Both the position numbers and the translations under genes were made by a program. From assembly GCF_963676685.1 (NCBI RefSeq), contig NC_092357.1:43214001-43278000 (forward strand): a stretch of DNA of 64,000 bases. The letters are read 5' to 3'. This document shows positions 12,566-26,715 of this stretch, one piece after another. Position 1 is the first letter of the stretch. Each line of letters starts with the position of its first letter. The notes beneath the pieces were generated by a model. That model saw only the letters and a program-made list of their open reading frames with translations, searched no databases and had not been told where the DNA came from. Source of the DNA: Mytilus edulis (Eukaryota).

Positions 12566-14257
12566 CGTATTTCGATTGGTACGAACTGTTTGCAGCTGGT
12601 AGTAAACTTCTTCTTGCACTAAATAGATGTATGCAACATCCTATTAAAGCAAAGAACTTGAATCTAGCAAAATCATTTATAATACTACTTTGATAATGTG
12701 CATTGCGAAATGCATGTACACAGTTGTTTCATTCGTTTGAGCTTTTGATTTTGCCATTTTGCAAAGAACTTATCATTTTGAATTTTCCTTTTGAGTTCTG
12801 TAATTTTGTTATTTTACTTGCACTCCGTTGATTATTTTAAAGTATTCTTTTAAAACCCCGTAACGTTAATGTTTCTCCATTGTTACATATCACTGAATGA
12901 GAAACATCCGAGAACACCTCAGTTTTTTGTAGGGTTCGTGTTGCTAATACTTTAGTTTTCATTCTCGTGCGTTCTGACTTTTCATAGTATTGTTGTTGTT
13001 TTCTGTACCCTATGAAAACCGTACTGTGATCTATAATGGTTTACTTTTACAAAGTGTGACTTGGATGGAGAGTTGTCTCATTGGCACTAATACAACGTCT
13101 TTTTAAAACCATTGCACGGTGAAAGAGGGTCGAAAGATACCAGAGGGACAGTCAAACTCATACTGACAACGCCATTGTTAAAAATTGAAAAGACAAATAA
13201 TAGTACAAATGACACAACATAGAAAAATAAAGACTAAGCAACACGAACCCCGGCCACCAAAAACTGGGGGTGATGTCAGGTGCTCTGGAAGGGTAACCAC
13301 ATGTGGCACCCGTCGTAATGCTTATGTTATTACAAACCCAATAAATAGTCTTATTCGGTAGGTAACAATCGTGGAATGGGAATGTAGCTACGACATAAGG
13401 AAATGTCCGATATCGTCTGTGAAGCGGATATCCCATAACGGTCAACCAACTCGTGATGGCGTCCGTAAAATTTACGGAGGGGTGATTTGGAAATCTTGGT
13501 TTAATAGCTTCCTTGTGAGCAGCAACCATCTATCAAGAAAATCATGGTAGAAAATACAAGCCCGGGAATGTCGTATCAATTGAAAGTAGGAAATTCTTTT
13601 CAATTCAGTTTTCAAATAAACATATCGATGTTTTCAACATCAGCAACGTTCTACATCACAAAGACACCACATCTTACATTCAAACTACTGGTATATTGGC
13701 TCATCAAATTTTCTTGATATGATGCAACTTCTTAACTGACATACAAGTGGGATGTTTAGCTAGCTATAAAACTAGGTTTTTCCTCGGAAAATTCCTGTCC
13801 TGTACAAAGTCAGGATTAAGAGAGTTGTTTCTATTCGTTCCGTTAATTGAATAATTCTAACATTTGATTTTGTCAGCGTTTATAAACTTCATCTTTTTAA
13901 AACGCAGTCGGAGTACGTTATTTCTGTGACAAGTTTTATCCATGGCTTACAGAAAGGTTCTAGACAAATAAGGACGTAAAGACTATAAATAAATAAATGA
14001 TGAATATATTTTATTTTTTATCACAAATTTATTGTACATGATACAAAAACATGATAACACTATGCATTCACACAATTGATACAGAACAATTAAATTGGCT
14101 AACTTGACACGTTTTTTTTTACAAAATATTTAAAATTCATATGATTATATCATTTTCCTAAATTTGTTATTTGAAAATTGAAAATAACTGATTATCTAAA
14201 AAAATACTCATTCAGGTTATATATTAAAATAAATCAATTAATATGTAAATAAAAATA

Positions 14258-14332
14258 TTTTTATTTTTGTTATTTTGTTATTTTTGTTATTTTGTTATTT
14301 TTGTTATTTTGTTATTTTTGTTATTTTGTTAG
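14258..14332. repeat. (ttattttg/ttatttttg)n microsatellite
   Basis: Direct reading; only 2-3 units at the paralogous site ~47127-47150. Confidence 0.8.
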
Positions 14333-15249
14333 TTTAACTATTTTTTTAAACAATTTTCAATGCATTTTATATAAATCCAAATATTAGTTTTACAGAATGT
14401 GCATTCCATTATATCTATGCAGAAAACTGTCAAATTTGTTTTTCTTCAGGTTTCAGAAAAAGGTACAAAAAATTGAGGGCAAAATATTAAATGCCAGTGA
14501 ATAAATATGAGATTTTTTTTAATATTATTTAGAACTATGAACAGTGCAATACAGAAGATCATGTTAGTACAGTGATAAAAACACATTTGACACACTTTTC
14601 TTGTCATTACACGATCTTCAAGAAATTAATTTGGAAACTGTAATTCAGCATCCGATATAGTTCATCTCAGTTCTATGAAAAATATTGGATGATTCAATGA
14701 TTTGTTTTCGATGTATATACCAATAAAATACAGATATATAAAATGACTATAGTTAGCTTCGAGAAAAAAAAAGAAATATGAATTTGTATTTAAAGATTGT
14801 TTACTATTAAAACAATGATGGCTATATTAAGATATCAACATCACAAACGTTAAGTGTCATTAAAAACAAATTGTATTTACATTGTTGTGCGAATTTATCC
14901 GATAAAATTATCAAAAAAAAATCTTTATATAAATTTGATGCATTTGAAGTGCTTTTCTGGATAACCTTTCTATAATAAACCCACCATCCAATCCCAATGA
15001 AACTACCATTGTCTCGCGCATTATTACCCAACTAGATCAAATCAGCCTTGCACTATATATCTGTAATATTATAAAATTATCACGAAGAAGCAATGTAAAC
15101 TCATAATACAACATTGAGGTGTCACTAGAAACATTGGCTTTAGTATTCCTGCACTAACAATACTTTCACTCCATAATATTAATGAACATATCACAATCAC
15201 AAACAGACTTCATACTTATATCCGGGTATTAATAACATTGAATGTACCA

Positions 15250-17110
15250 ATGTACAATGGTGTTAAAAAATATTCACCATACACATCTTATATGTACAGC
15301 AGTATCAAAAAATAAAGTTTACCATACACATATTATATGTAAAGTGGTATCAAAAAATAACATTCACCATACACATAATTATATTGTATGTAAAATGCTA
15401 TCAAAAACAAAATTCTGCATACATATATTAAGGCAGCAACCATTTGATTTTCAGTGGGGGGGGGGGGGGGGCTATGGATTTTTTTCCGGGACAAACTTTT
15501 TTTTTCGCCTTTGTCGAAAATAATTTTTTTTCTTTCAATTTTAGCATTCCATATAGTGGCAGATGAGGATGAAACAAACAATTTTTTTTCTCAGGGTCAA
15601 AAACAAATTATTCTTTTCTCCAAAAAAATTCACCATACACATATTGAATGTACAGTGGTAACAAACAACTCAATTCACCATACACATATCATATGTACAA
15701 TGGTATCATAAACAAGTTTCCCCATACACAAATTATATGTACAATGATCTCAAAAAATAAGACTCGCCATACACTTATTGTATGTACAACTGTATTAAAA
15801 ACAAGTCACCATACACATATATGATATGTACAATGGTTTTAGAAAGAAGAATCCCCATACAACATAATATGTACAATCATGGTATAATAAAACAAGAATA
15901 GTCATACACATATTACATGTACAATGGTAACTAAAACAAGAATCACTATACACATATTACATGTAAAATGGTATTAAAACAAGATTCATTATACACATTA
16001 TATCTACAATGGTATCCCCAAAAAAAGATTCACAAGACTCGCCATACACTTATTGTATGTACAACTGTATTAAAAACAAGTCACCATACACATATATGAT
16101 ATGTACAATGGTTTTAGAAAGAAGAATCCCCATACAACATAATATGTACAATCATGGTATAATAAAACAAGAATAGTCATACACATATTACATGTACAAT
16201 GGTAACTAAAACAAGAATCACTATACACATATTACATGTAAAATGGTATTAAAACAAGATTCATTATACACATTATATTTACAATGGTATCCCAAAAAAA
16301 GAATCACTCTACATATAGTATGTGTAAAATGTTATAAAAACAAGATTCACTATACACATATTAAATGTAAAATGGTATAACAACAAGATTCACTATACAC
16401 ATATTATTTGTACAATGGTTATAAAATCAAGAATCGCTATAGACATATTATATGTATAATGGTATTAAAAACAAGAATCACTATACACATATTATATGAA
16501 CAATGACAATAAAACAAGAATCACTATACACATATTATATGAAAAAACGGTAATAAAAACAAAAACCACTATACACATATAATATATCAAAAAAAAGATT
16601 CATCATTCACATACATGTATATGATATGAACAATGAAGTTAAAAAGAAGAATCACTATACACATATTACATGTACAATGGTATTAAAAAGAAGAATCACT
16701 ATACACATACTACATGTACAATAGTATTTAAAAAAGAAGAATCACTATACACATATTGTATGTACAATGGTATTAAAAAACACGAATCACTATACACATA
16801 TTATATGAACAATGGTAATAAAAATACAAGAATCAATATACACATATTTTATGTACAGCGGTATTAAAACAAGGTTCACCATACACAAATATTATGTACA
16901 ACAGTATTAAAAACAAGATTCACCATTTTCATATATTATGTACAACAGTACCAAACACAAGTGTAACCATGCACATATTATATGTACAACGGTATTAAAA
17001 CAAGAATCACTATACACATATTATATGAACAATGGTAATAAAAACAAGAATCACTATACACATATTATAGGAACAATGGTAATACAAACAAGAATCACTA
17101 TACACATAAA
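15250..17110. repeat. 43-44 bp satellite (aaaacaagaatcactatacacatattatatgtacaatggtatt)
   Basis: Dozens of tandem units, with a 275-bp higher-order duplication (15761 vs 16036). Confidence 0.9.
15432..15625. mobile_element. PIF/Harbinger-like MITE, right end deleted
   Basis: Left TIR ggcagcaaccattt after TAA. Complete copy at 48232-48469. Confidence 0.65.
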
Positions 17111-20100
17111 ATTTGTCCTTTGGGTATCTTTCGTCCCTCTTTTATGTACAACGATACAAAAAACTAAATTCATCGTACACATATATTATATGAACAAAGG
17201 TATTAAAACACCAAGATTTTCCATGGCATATTATACTTTTGGTTAACACATAAACCCTCTTGCTCAAGTCAAAATACTAGATATCACAGAAAATTTCCAT
17301 CAATTAGGGGAAAGATACTTTATGAAAAATTAAGAATGAAATATTCTGAATTCTAAAATTTAATTACCAATTTCCTGTTTGTCAAATATATATATATATA
17401 CAAATAATTTGGATGGAGAGTTGTCTCATTGGCACTCATACCACATCTTCCTATATCTTAATAGGAAAATTCTAAAATGTAGAAACTTTTAAGTATTGCA
17501 TGTTTTGAAATAATACTGTTTATCGATAAGAATCCTTACAAAAAAAAGAATTAACATTCTTTTCAAATATACACAAAAAATTCTCGCTGCTTTATATTCT
17601 ATTTGAGGATAAAAAAAAATGTGCCGTGTAAATTAAAAAATTATAAAACCTATACATTTCAAAGCATTACATCTTTAAGAAAACAATACTATAGATAAAA
17701 TAGAAACATCAACAAAAGTATATGAAGTATTAAAGCATGGTTTCTTATACTTCAAAACAAAAATACCAATGAGAAAGCAATTGCAAAATCTACATAAATT
17801 GAGGAAACATTAAGACTCATTATACACAATGCATTATGTCGACCGTTTATCTTATGATTTTTATCTATTTTTTTTTATTGGGGGGGGGGGGGGTGGAGGC
17901 ATGTTCTTAAATTGAAAATTAGAAGGAAGAAAAACGACATTTAATCTCCCATTTAGAAAAAAACACATGCTCTCCAACAAAAGATGAATGATCGGTGCCA
18001 AATCTTTGATAGTGTAATTACAATGACATCTATTTACATTTAAGTAATCGAATATTAGAGTTTCATATGGATATATAACTATTTACACATAGTGGAAGTA
18101 ACCACAGATGATTAAAACATATTTTCTGATATCTACACATTAGAAACATTACATTTTTTGATAAAAGTATTTTTACATAAAAAAATTTGATTACATCAAA
18201 ATAAACGGCTGTACATGTATAAACTCATTAACAAGTATTAAAGTTACTTTGAGTTTACCTGTCTGTACAAAGACACAATCAGAATAACAGCTAAAAAATT
18301 CAACATTATATATTTCTATATACACATAGTGACAATCATCAAACTTAAGCCTGTTAAGGGTACATCGTATTATCTATAAAATAAAACAAAACACATTTAC
18401 AGTCGTTTAATGTACACATTGATTGATTGATTGGTTGGCGATTGCTTTACCCAACATCATACTTAAAAGCCTATATCGCAACGATAATTGTTTTAAGTCA
18501 CAAAAAATATGTATTCTTACCAATCCCATCATATGTCTTTATGTTCAAAAACCTTGATCGCTTTAAAACATTAGACTACATCTGCCATTAAGATCAATAA
18601 CAATTTCTATCAATGAATACACAGAGCTATAGTGATTAGTTTGTACAAATTCTCAAATATGTCAAAAATGTCAATTGCTATAATGAGTCAAATTTTGATA
18701 TATTAGCATTATTTTGATTCTAGCATGCTAGTATTCTGGTAATTTCAGAAAATTTATATATTATTTCCATCAATAATAGTTTGTAAGTTAGTTAAGAAAA
18801 GTTCTAAAATTAGTATTTATATCTTAACTTATGTCATGTAAGATAAAATAAGATACGCGACTTTTGTAAACATCAACATACACATTACACTTTCTGTAAC
18901 AAACTATGCGTAAACTTTTACTACAAACATTTAAATTATAAAGCAAATCTTTGAACACTATATGTCCATTAGAAGTCAGATAAAACTTTCTCTAACTTCT
19001 GTTCAAAATAATTTATTCTCATATTTACGCATTCAATGAAGTATGTCTTACATTAAAATCACTCCATGCTATGGTGCCGTTTACTTTAAGAGTTCATTCT
19101 TGTTTTCTATTAGTTATATTGAAGAACTAATGATAATCCAAAATAAATTTCGTTTAGAGGCCAAATCCATTGCATAATCTTATGCTACATTCAGTGTTGT
19201 TTCTCTGTTTGGTGATATAAACTTTTTATTTGTTCCTTGTTACTTTTTCCGTTCGTTGTCCAGTTGGTATAGATGTCAAATCCTTCGTTGTAATTCTTTT
19301 TATCTTTAAGTAGTTTCTTTTCCTCCATTAATGCCAGATACTCTGTTGTGACCTCGTTAGTCTCATGTTGCTTTTTTTATTCTAAATATCATTTTGGTAC
19401 CTTATTACTTTTAAGATTTGTACATTTGGGGGGGGGGGGGGGGTCATATCTCCTGGTTTTGCCGAATAACATTTTGTTTTTCCCTATTGTATCTAAACGA
19501 TATTCGTTAATCTCTATCCACCTTTATCATCTGGCGTTGATTCCAGGGTTCTTACATAACGTTTTGATTTTCTCTAATTACTGATGATGTCCGATATTGA
19601 CTTGTCATCTCTTCACTATGCATTTTCTTTGTACTGAGTTGCATCTACTATATCACTTGCTCATTCTGGGTTATGTCAGACCTTTGCTTTTTTTTTCGCT
19701 TTTTTAATCATTTTCCGATCTTCTGATGTTGTCAGATATTCGATTGCTATTTCTATTACGATATTTTGTTGTAACATTTTGTTGATTTGCTTTTTATCAA
19801 TATTAGGTATATACTAGTAATTATCAACTTTCGACTATAGTCAATCCGATTCTGATCTGAAATTGTCTATTTATACTTTTTTAGTTTTTCTTCTGTTGAT
19901 ACTTTGACACTTTTTTCCATATGAATGTGCCAAGTATCTAAAAAAAAATAATTTCGTGTTTGGTCATTAATTTTCCCTCGCCAATTCCATCACTCCGTTG
20001 AGAATTAATGATTATATTTTTTCACCAGGAACATTATTTATTAAAAATCTAGGAATCAAATAAGACTCATATACAGAAATAATTAAAACCTGAACAGTAC

Positions 20101-20299
20101 TTAATTTTCATAGAAGTCAACCGATTGTTTTGTTTTTATTATTGCTTCCCAATTCCTCATTCAATATCTTTCCGAATGTTTTTATTTACTTGTAAACTAA
20201 TAATGCCATGACACAAATTTCAAGCTGCTATGTTCATAATGTAGTACCAGTTCAAAATTGAAAAATATACATTATGATTGAAACATTTAAATATTGAAA

Positions 20300-23200
20300 T
20301 CAAACATGACCCATCAATACCAAAAGCATATGATGTAGAATGTGTCTCTTCATCATATCTACCACAGATCTATGTCCATTATCAATTGCAATGTTTAAAG
20401 GGAATTTCCCATCAATTTTACATATGCCTGTGTCTGCTCCTTTCTCTAACAATAAATGTACTATTTCACTATGTCCTAGTTCGCATGCATAAAACAATGG
20501 CGTGGTGCCATCTTCTTTTTTCAAACTGATGCTAGCATGGTGATCCAGAAGACAACTGACTACTTCTTTCCAACCCATGAAACATGCAATGTGTAACGGA
20601 AAAGAACCAGCTACTACATCAAAGGCATAATCTGCTGACTTCCTACTGACATAATCTTTTACATTTGATGACCTATTATTTGCAAGGCAGTCAAAACAAT
20701 CTTGTTTTACTTTGTCTATTGTTGTCGTTGCATGGTAACTAAATTTATCGGCTATAGACTGTTTCCGATGGATACAACTTTTGCTGTTAGCATTGTTCTC
20801 TAAAAGTAACCGAGTTATTTCTACATTTCCATTAAGTGAACTGAAAAATAAAGCATTACCACCACCATTTGTCTGGGCATTAATGTTCGGTTTCGGGTTA
20901 TGTTGAATCAACAGTTGTACTATACTGGTGTTGTTTGTGGCACATGATGTGATCAGTGGTGTAAAGCCATCTTTTCTACATAGATTAATGTTAGGGTTTT
21001 TCTGTAATAGCAACTTTACTATATTAGTATGTTCGTTTTGAATTGCCATTAATAAAGGACTACAGCCAGTATTGTCACATAGATCAACGTTGGGGTCATT
21101 CTCTAACAGCAACCTTGCTGTATCAGTGTATCCAAACATAATTGCCATTAAAAGAGGACTACTACCCTCAGCGTTAGATAGATCAACGTCAGCATTCCAC
21201 TCTAACAGTAACCTTACTACATCAGTATGCCCAAATGTACTTGCCATTATCAGAGGACTATACCCATCTTTATCACACAGGTCTATGTTAGGACTTCTCT
21301 CTAACAGTAACCTTAGTATACCAGTGTGTCCTTTCATACTTACCATATACAATGGACTGCAGCCATTAATGTTACATAGGTCAACATTAGATTTGCTTTC
21401 TAATAGTAACCTCACTATATCAGTATGTCCTTTTGCACTTGCAATCAACAAAGGACTACAGTGTTCTCTATTACAAAGATTAACATTGGGGTTCCGCTCT
21501 AAAAGCAATCTCACTACACCAGTATGTCCGTTTGTACTTGCCATGAACAGAGGACTACACATATCTTTATCACAAAAATTGACATCGGGATGCTTCTCTA
21601 ATAGCATGCTCACAATAGTTGTTTTTCCTTGATAACTTGCGATGGCAAGTGCAGTAACCTTATCTGTGTTAAATAGATTAATATTAGGTTTTCTCTCTAA
21701 GAGCAATCTTACTACATTAGCGTGTCCTTCTTGACTTGCTACGTACAGAGGACTACTTCCATCTTTTGTGCATAAATCAATATTAGCGTTATACTCCAAT
21801 AGCATACTTACAAAAGACGTATTCCCTTGAGAACATGCAATAATCAGTGCAGTGGCCCCATCCGTGTCACATAGATCAACATTAACGTTCTTTTTTAACA
21901 GTAATCTAACTATATCAGTATGCCCAATCCGAATTGCAACGTACAAAGGACTACAGCCTTTGGCACATATATCAACGTTAGGATTCTTCTCTAATAACAT
22001 ACTCACAAAAGAAGTGTTTCCTTGAAAACATGCAAGTGTCAGTGCGGTAGTCCCATCTGTGCCACATAAATCAATATTAGCGTTCTTCTTTAACAGCAAC
22101 TTTACTATAGCAGTATGTTCATTCCGAATTGCAACGTGCAGAGGACTACAGCCATCATTGTCACATAGATTAATGTTTGGACTCTTCTTTAATAGCAATC
22201 TAACTATTTCAGTATGTCCTGCACGACTAGCTACATAAAGAGGACACGTTCCATTTTCAAAGTAACATGGATCAAGGACAAGTTCTGACAGAGACTCTCC
22301 AAAAGTTTTATTTACATATTGCCTAACTTTACGAAAAAGACTGTAGTCAATATTGACACATATATTTATGTTAGGATTTCTAGCTAACAACATACGTACT
22401 ATATCAAAATGCCCATTATCACATGCTACGAACAAAGGACTTATACCATAAATGTTACATTGATCGATACAAGGATTATTTTGTAAAAGCAACCTTACTA
22501 TGTTAGTATGTCCTCCCATGGTTGCTACGAGCAGAGGACTAAATCCTTGAACGCAACATACATCAACTTTATGGTTCTCTTTTAATAACAACCGAACTAT
22601 ATCAATATGTCCTTTCATACTAGCTGCTAATAGGGGACTTAAGCCGTTAAGGTCACATAGATCAACACAAGGGTTCCTTTGTAACAACATCCTTAATATA
22701 TCAGTATGTCCATTTATACTTGCTTTGAACAATGGACTACTGCCATTTGTGTCGCATAGATCAATGTTCGGATTTTTCTTTAATAACATGTTCACAATAT
22801 CAAGATACCCTCCCTCACATGCAAAACTGAGTGCAGTGACCCCTTGATTGCTACATTGATCAACATAAGGATTCCTCTCTAAGAGCAGCCTTACTATGTC
22901 AGTATGTCCCTTCTGACTTGCAACTAATAGAGGACTACAGTAACTAGTGTTACATACATCAACATTAGCATTTCCCTCTAAAAGCAACTTTATTATACCA
23001 GTATGCCCATTCAGACTTGCAATGTACAGAGGAGTACAGCTTTCATTGGTACATAGATCAACAGTGGCTTTCATTCCTATCAACAACCTAATTATATGAG
23101 TATGTCCTTCCATACTTGCAAAATAAAGTGAACTACATCCATTGATGTCACAAAGGTCAACATTAGGTTCTCTCTCTAACAGCAAACTCACTATATCGGT

Positions 23201-25594
23201 ATGTCCTTTCTTAATTGTAACTATCAGAGGACTACGCCCATATTTGTCACATAAATCCACGTTAGGGTTCCTTCCTAAAATCAACCTTACTACATCAGTG
23301 TGTCCTTCTCGACTTGCCATGTACAGAGGACTACATCCTTTTTTATCACATAAATCAACATTAAGATTTTTCTGTAATAGCATACTAACAATAGACGTAT
23401 AACCTTTATAGCTTGCCATGTGAAGTGCAGTTACCCCATCTATGTTGAAAAGATCAACTCTTGGATTTCTCTCTAAAAGCAACTTTACTATTTCAGAATG
23501 TCCGTTCTGACTTGCCATGCACAGCGGACTATAGTGATAATGGTTACATAAATCAATGTTAGGTTTCCTGTCTAAAAGCAACCTAACAATATCAGTATGT
23601 CCATTTTGACTTGCTGTCAACAGTGGGCTACAGAATTTTTTATTACATAAATCAACTGTAGGTTTCCTCTCTAAAAGCAGCCTTACTATATCAGCATGTC
23701 CTTCCTGACATGCCAAATAGAGTGGACTATAGCCTTTATTGTCAAATAAATCAACATCAATATTCTTGTCTAATAACATTTGAACAATTAGAGGATACCC
23801 TTTATAGCAAACTTTGGTTAGTGCAGAGGCCCCCAAATTGTTACATAGATCAATTTCCGGATTCCTCTCTAACATCAATCTTACAATACTAGTATGCCCT
23901 TTCTGAATTGCAATAAGTAGAGCACTTCTCCCATTATTGTTACATAGAACAATATTAGAATTTTTTTCTAACAGCAACTTTACTATAGCAGTATGTCCTT
24001 TCTGACTTGCCAGTAATATAGGACTACTGCCATTATTGTTACATAAATCAACGTTAGGATTTTTCTTTAACAGCAACTTAACAATATGAGTATATCCTTT
24101 CTGACTTGCCATTAACAAAGGACTACATCCTTTTTTTTTCACATAGATCAACATTTGGATTCTTCTTTAATAACATATCCACAATAGAGGAATAACGTTT
24201 ACAACATGCCATGTTTAGTGCAGTAACCCTGTCATCTTTATAATGATTTACATCCACTTCATTATCTAACAACCACTGTATCATTTCTGTATATCCATCA
24301 CGACAGCTCAATATCAGTGGAGTAGTGCCTGATCCACATTCCTCCTTTGGTATCACTGTATCCTTAATATTGGCCAGTACTATTTGTTGTTCCTTATCCA
24401 GTCGTATTAAATGTTGTAACAACTGTTGTCTGAATAATAATACTTTCATATTAGAGCTACTAAATACCAATGCTACTATTCCTGCCGACCAAATCTTTAT
24501 CAATCTTTTCAAATATGAATCTAAATATTTATCTTGTATATCAATAATAAAGTCTATGTTTTTCATTTTCTCATCTTGTGATTTCATCCAAAGAAAACGT
24601 TCAGTTACAAAACAACTATCCCCATGTTCTATTAAACATTCAATCATTTTCTGACCAAAGAAATAAGCAATGAAGTCAAATAGTTTATCATGTAAGATAC
24701 TATAAACTCCATTCTCTTTACACATGAATGTGCCATCTAGAGAGTCCAGTGCCATTTTAAGTTCTGCCTTGGATGTACTTCTATTCAATTTACAACCCTC
24801 ACATGTGTCTTCTATTATCTGTCGTTGTTCATCCGTAACCTTACCTTGCAACCATTCCTCTAATAGTCGATTATTAAATAAAACACATAAAGCAAGACCG
24901 CACACCTTATGTTTCCCTTCATCTCCATGTCTACTAAAATTGTCTAACTCTTTTTTATAGATATCAAAAGGAATTCTGAAAAATTCTTTAACATCTGTAC
25001 CTTTTTTTTCATGAAAAAGATAACATAAAAGAGGAAAGAATTCACAATGCTTTGCACTTTCATTAAGATTCATACTATTCAAACCAATATTATACTTATC
25101 TGCTATTTTTGTTTTTTCGTTTTCTGTAAGACATAACTCATCAGATATTAAGTTACATTCGCAAGGTATCAAAGGGGATAACATTATAAACTTATCATCT
25201 TTAAAAACTTGTAATCTACAACATACAATCACCTTACAGCATTTGTCAGCGATTATTGTGTTTATAACAGGTAGTAGCTGTTCCCAGTTCTCAATCTGTT
25301 GTTGGTTGGCAGTGAAATTTCCACAAATATCATCTACAATGAAGACTGTCTGTTTACCAGGTTGGTAATACACTCGTATATCAGTTGGTGAATAAATAGG
25401 TATGATTGTGTATCCCTCATTCTGCAAAACCAGTGTAGTGTGTCTAGCGATAAACGATTTCCCTACTCCTGCTGGGCCAGTTAAGGTCACACAGCTGTTA
25501 TCTTGTAAACATTTGATGACGTGATCACTAGCTCTTGTAGACACAAACATCTTATCTTTCTTTTTCCAGTTTTCAATTTGTTTATTTATCTGAT
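20300..25594 (-). CDS. Paralog B, coding exon 5: nSTAND3-like NTPase plus about 38 ankyrin repeats; one +1 frameshift in an A9 run (24131-24139)
   Basis: ORF 24123-25607 (Walker A GPAGVGKS, Walker B VFIVDD) and ORF 20300-24154 (33-aa ankyrin units) join if one A is removed. Acceptor at 25595-25596, TGA at 20300-20302. Confidence 0.88.
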
Positions 25595-25944
25595 CTAAAT
25601 TATGCAAGTAAAAGTCATTTGAAAAATAAAGTTAACTCATCTTGCAAAATAATTAGTTTGCTTACGTATACAATCTAAATCTAATCTATATACATGCTAC
25701 AACTTAAGCATGTATAGACAAGTGTGAACGATAAACAGGTTCAGCCCATCATTTTTTTCTTAAAATGTCTAGTACCAAGTCCGTTTTATGTATCATGTGT
25801 ATGCTGGTGTTTGCTTTTGTTGCAGTTTAGTGTTTCTGTTTAATTAGTGCGTTTCCCTCGGTTTTGCTTTTATATCCAGATTTGTTTTTGCTTAATCGAT
25901 TTATGACTATTGAACCGTGGTATACTACTGTTGCTCTTATTTAC

Positions 25945-26019
25945 CTCTGATGTTCTTTGGAATCACTTCTTCTTGCACCGTTTTCAACACCTCAATTTCC
26001 GTCAATAGTTCTTCTTTTG
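25945..26019 (-). CDS. Paralog B, coding exon 4 (75 nt)
   Basis: AG at 26020-26021 and GT at 25943-25944. Same peptide as paralog A exon 4. Confidence 0.88.
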
Positions 26020-26338
26020 CTGAAAAAATGTATTTTCTATTAACATCATAATAATGATAACCAATAATTTAAATGGTACTAGTATTAGATTTAAAACATT
26101 TCACAATTTAAAACATTGCCCTTTTTATTTGTAATGTGGTCTTTTAAAGGCAATAAAATTTATACTACTCTACTTTATGTACATTTTTATCAAACTTAAA
26201 TCCAAGAACCTCAATAAACTGATATAAAAAAACTCAGGGCTAAAAACAAACTGCATGCAACCATATGAAATGAAACATAAGCATTACTGCCAATAATTAT
26301 TAATAATAATATGGGTAATATAATCATTTTTATATTAA

Positions 26339-26715
26339 GTAAATTAACTCATCATAAATACCAGGACTAAATTTTGTATATACGCCAGACGCGCGATTCG
26401 TCTACAAAAGACTCATCAGTGACGCTCGAATCCAAAAAAGTTAAAAAGGCCAAATAAAGTAAGAAGTTGAAGAGCATTGAGGACCAAACTTCCTAAAAGT
26501 TTTGCCAAATACAGTTAAGGTAATCCATGCCTGAGGTAGAAAAGCCTTAGTATTTCATAAAATTCAAAATTTTGTAAACAGTTAATTTATAAATATAACC
26601 ATATCAATGATAATTCATGTCAGCACTAAAAGGTGCTGACTACTGGGCTTGTGATACCATCGAGGAAATAAATCTCCACCAGCAGTGGCATCGACCCAGT
26701 GGTTGTAAATTAACT
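26339..26715 (-). mobile_element. Full-length retrozyme-like monomer (366-bp period) with near-intact hammerhead at 26382-26425
   Basis: 11-bp direct repeat gtaaattaact at both ends; absent in paralog A (~1087). Minus strand GCGTCA-CTGATGA-GTCT(TTTGT)AGAC-GAATC-GCGC-GTC-TGGCGT with a single A15.1>U change. Confidence 0.82.

Noticed and set aside
13158-13529. 123-aa minus-strand ORF
   Set aside because: Falls in interspersed-repeat sequence and is not preserved as an ORF in the paralogous region 45600-45930.
14822-15031. 69-aa ORF conserved at 47618-47827
   Set aside because: Lies in a near-identical duplicated tract, so conservation is uninformative; non-ATG start and no recognisable motif.
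15242-17246. CRISPR-like periodicity and His/Tyr-rich ORFs in the 43-44 bp array
   Set aside because: No unique spacers, no cas genes and a eukaryotic context; it is an ordinary satellite.
19200-19940. A-rich minus-strand segment after a good acceptor (ttttttttag), possibly a further exon; paralog at ~53160-53940 has a ~78-bp extra block
   Set aside because: The frame I translated in the paralogous copy has several stops, the ORF track shows no minus-strand ORF in either copy, and exon 5 already ends in a stop; at most UTR or relic sequence.
20300-24154. Treating the 1284-aa ankyrin ORF as a standalone ankyrin gene
   Set aside because: It has no true start and is contiguous with the NTPase ORF via a 1-nt slip; paralog C is in frame across this point, so no ANK gene symbol was given.
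21072-24960. Plus-strand ORFs overlapping exon 5 (also 55070-55696 and 58228-59328)
   Set aside because: Antisense shadows of the ankyrin/NTPase coding frame with no independent protein signal.
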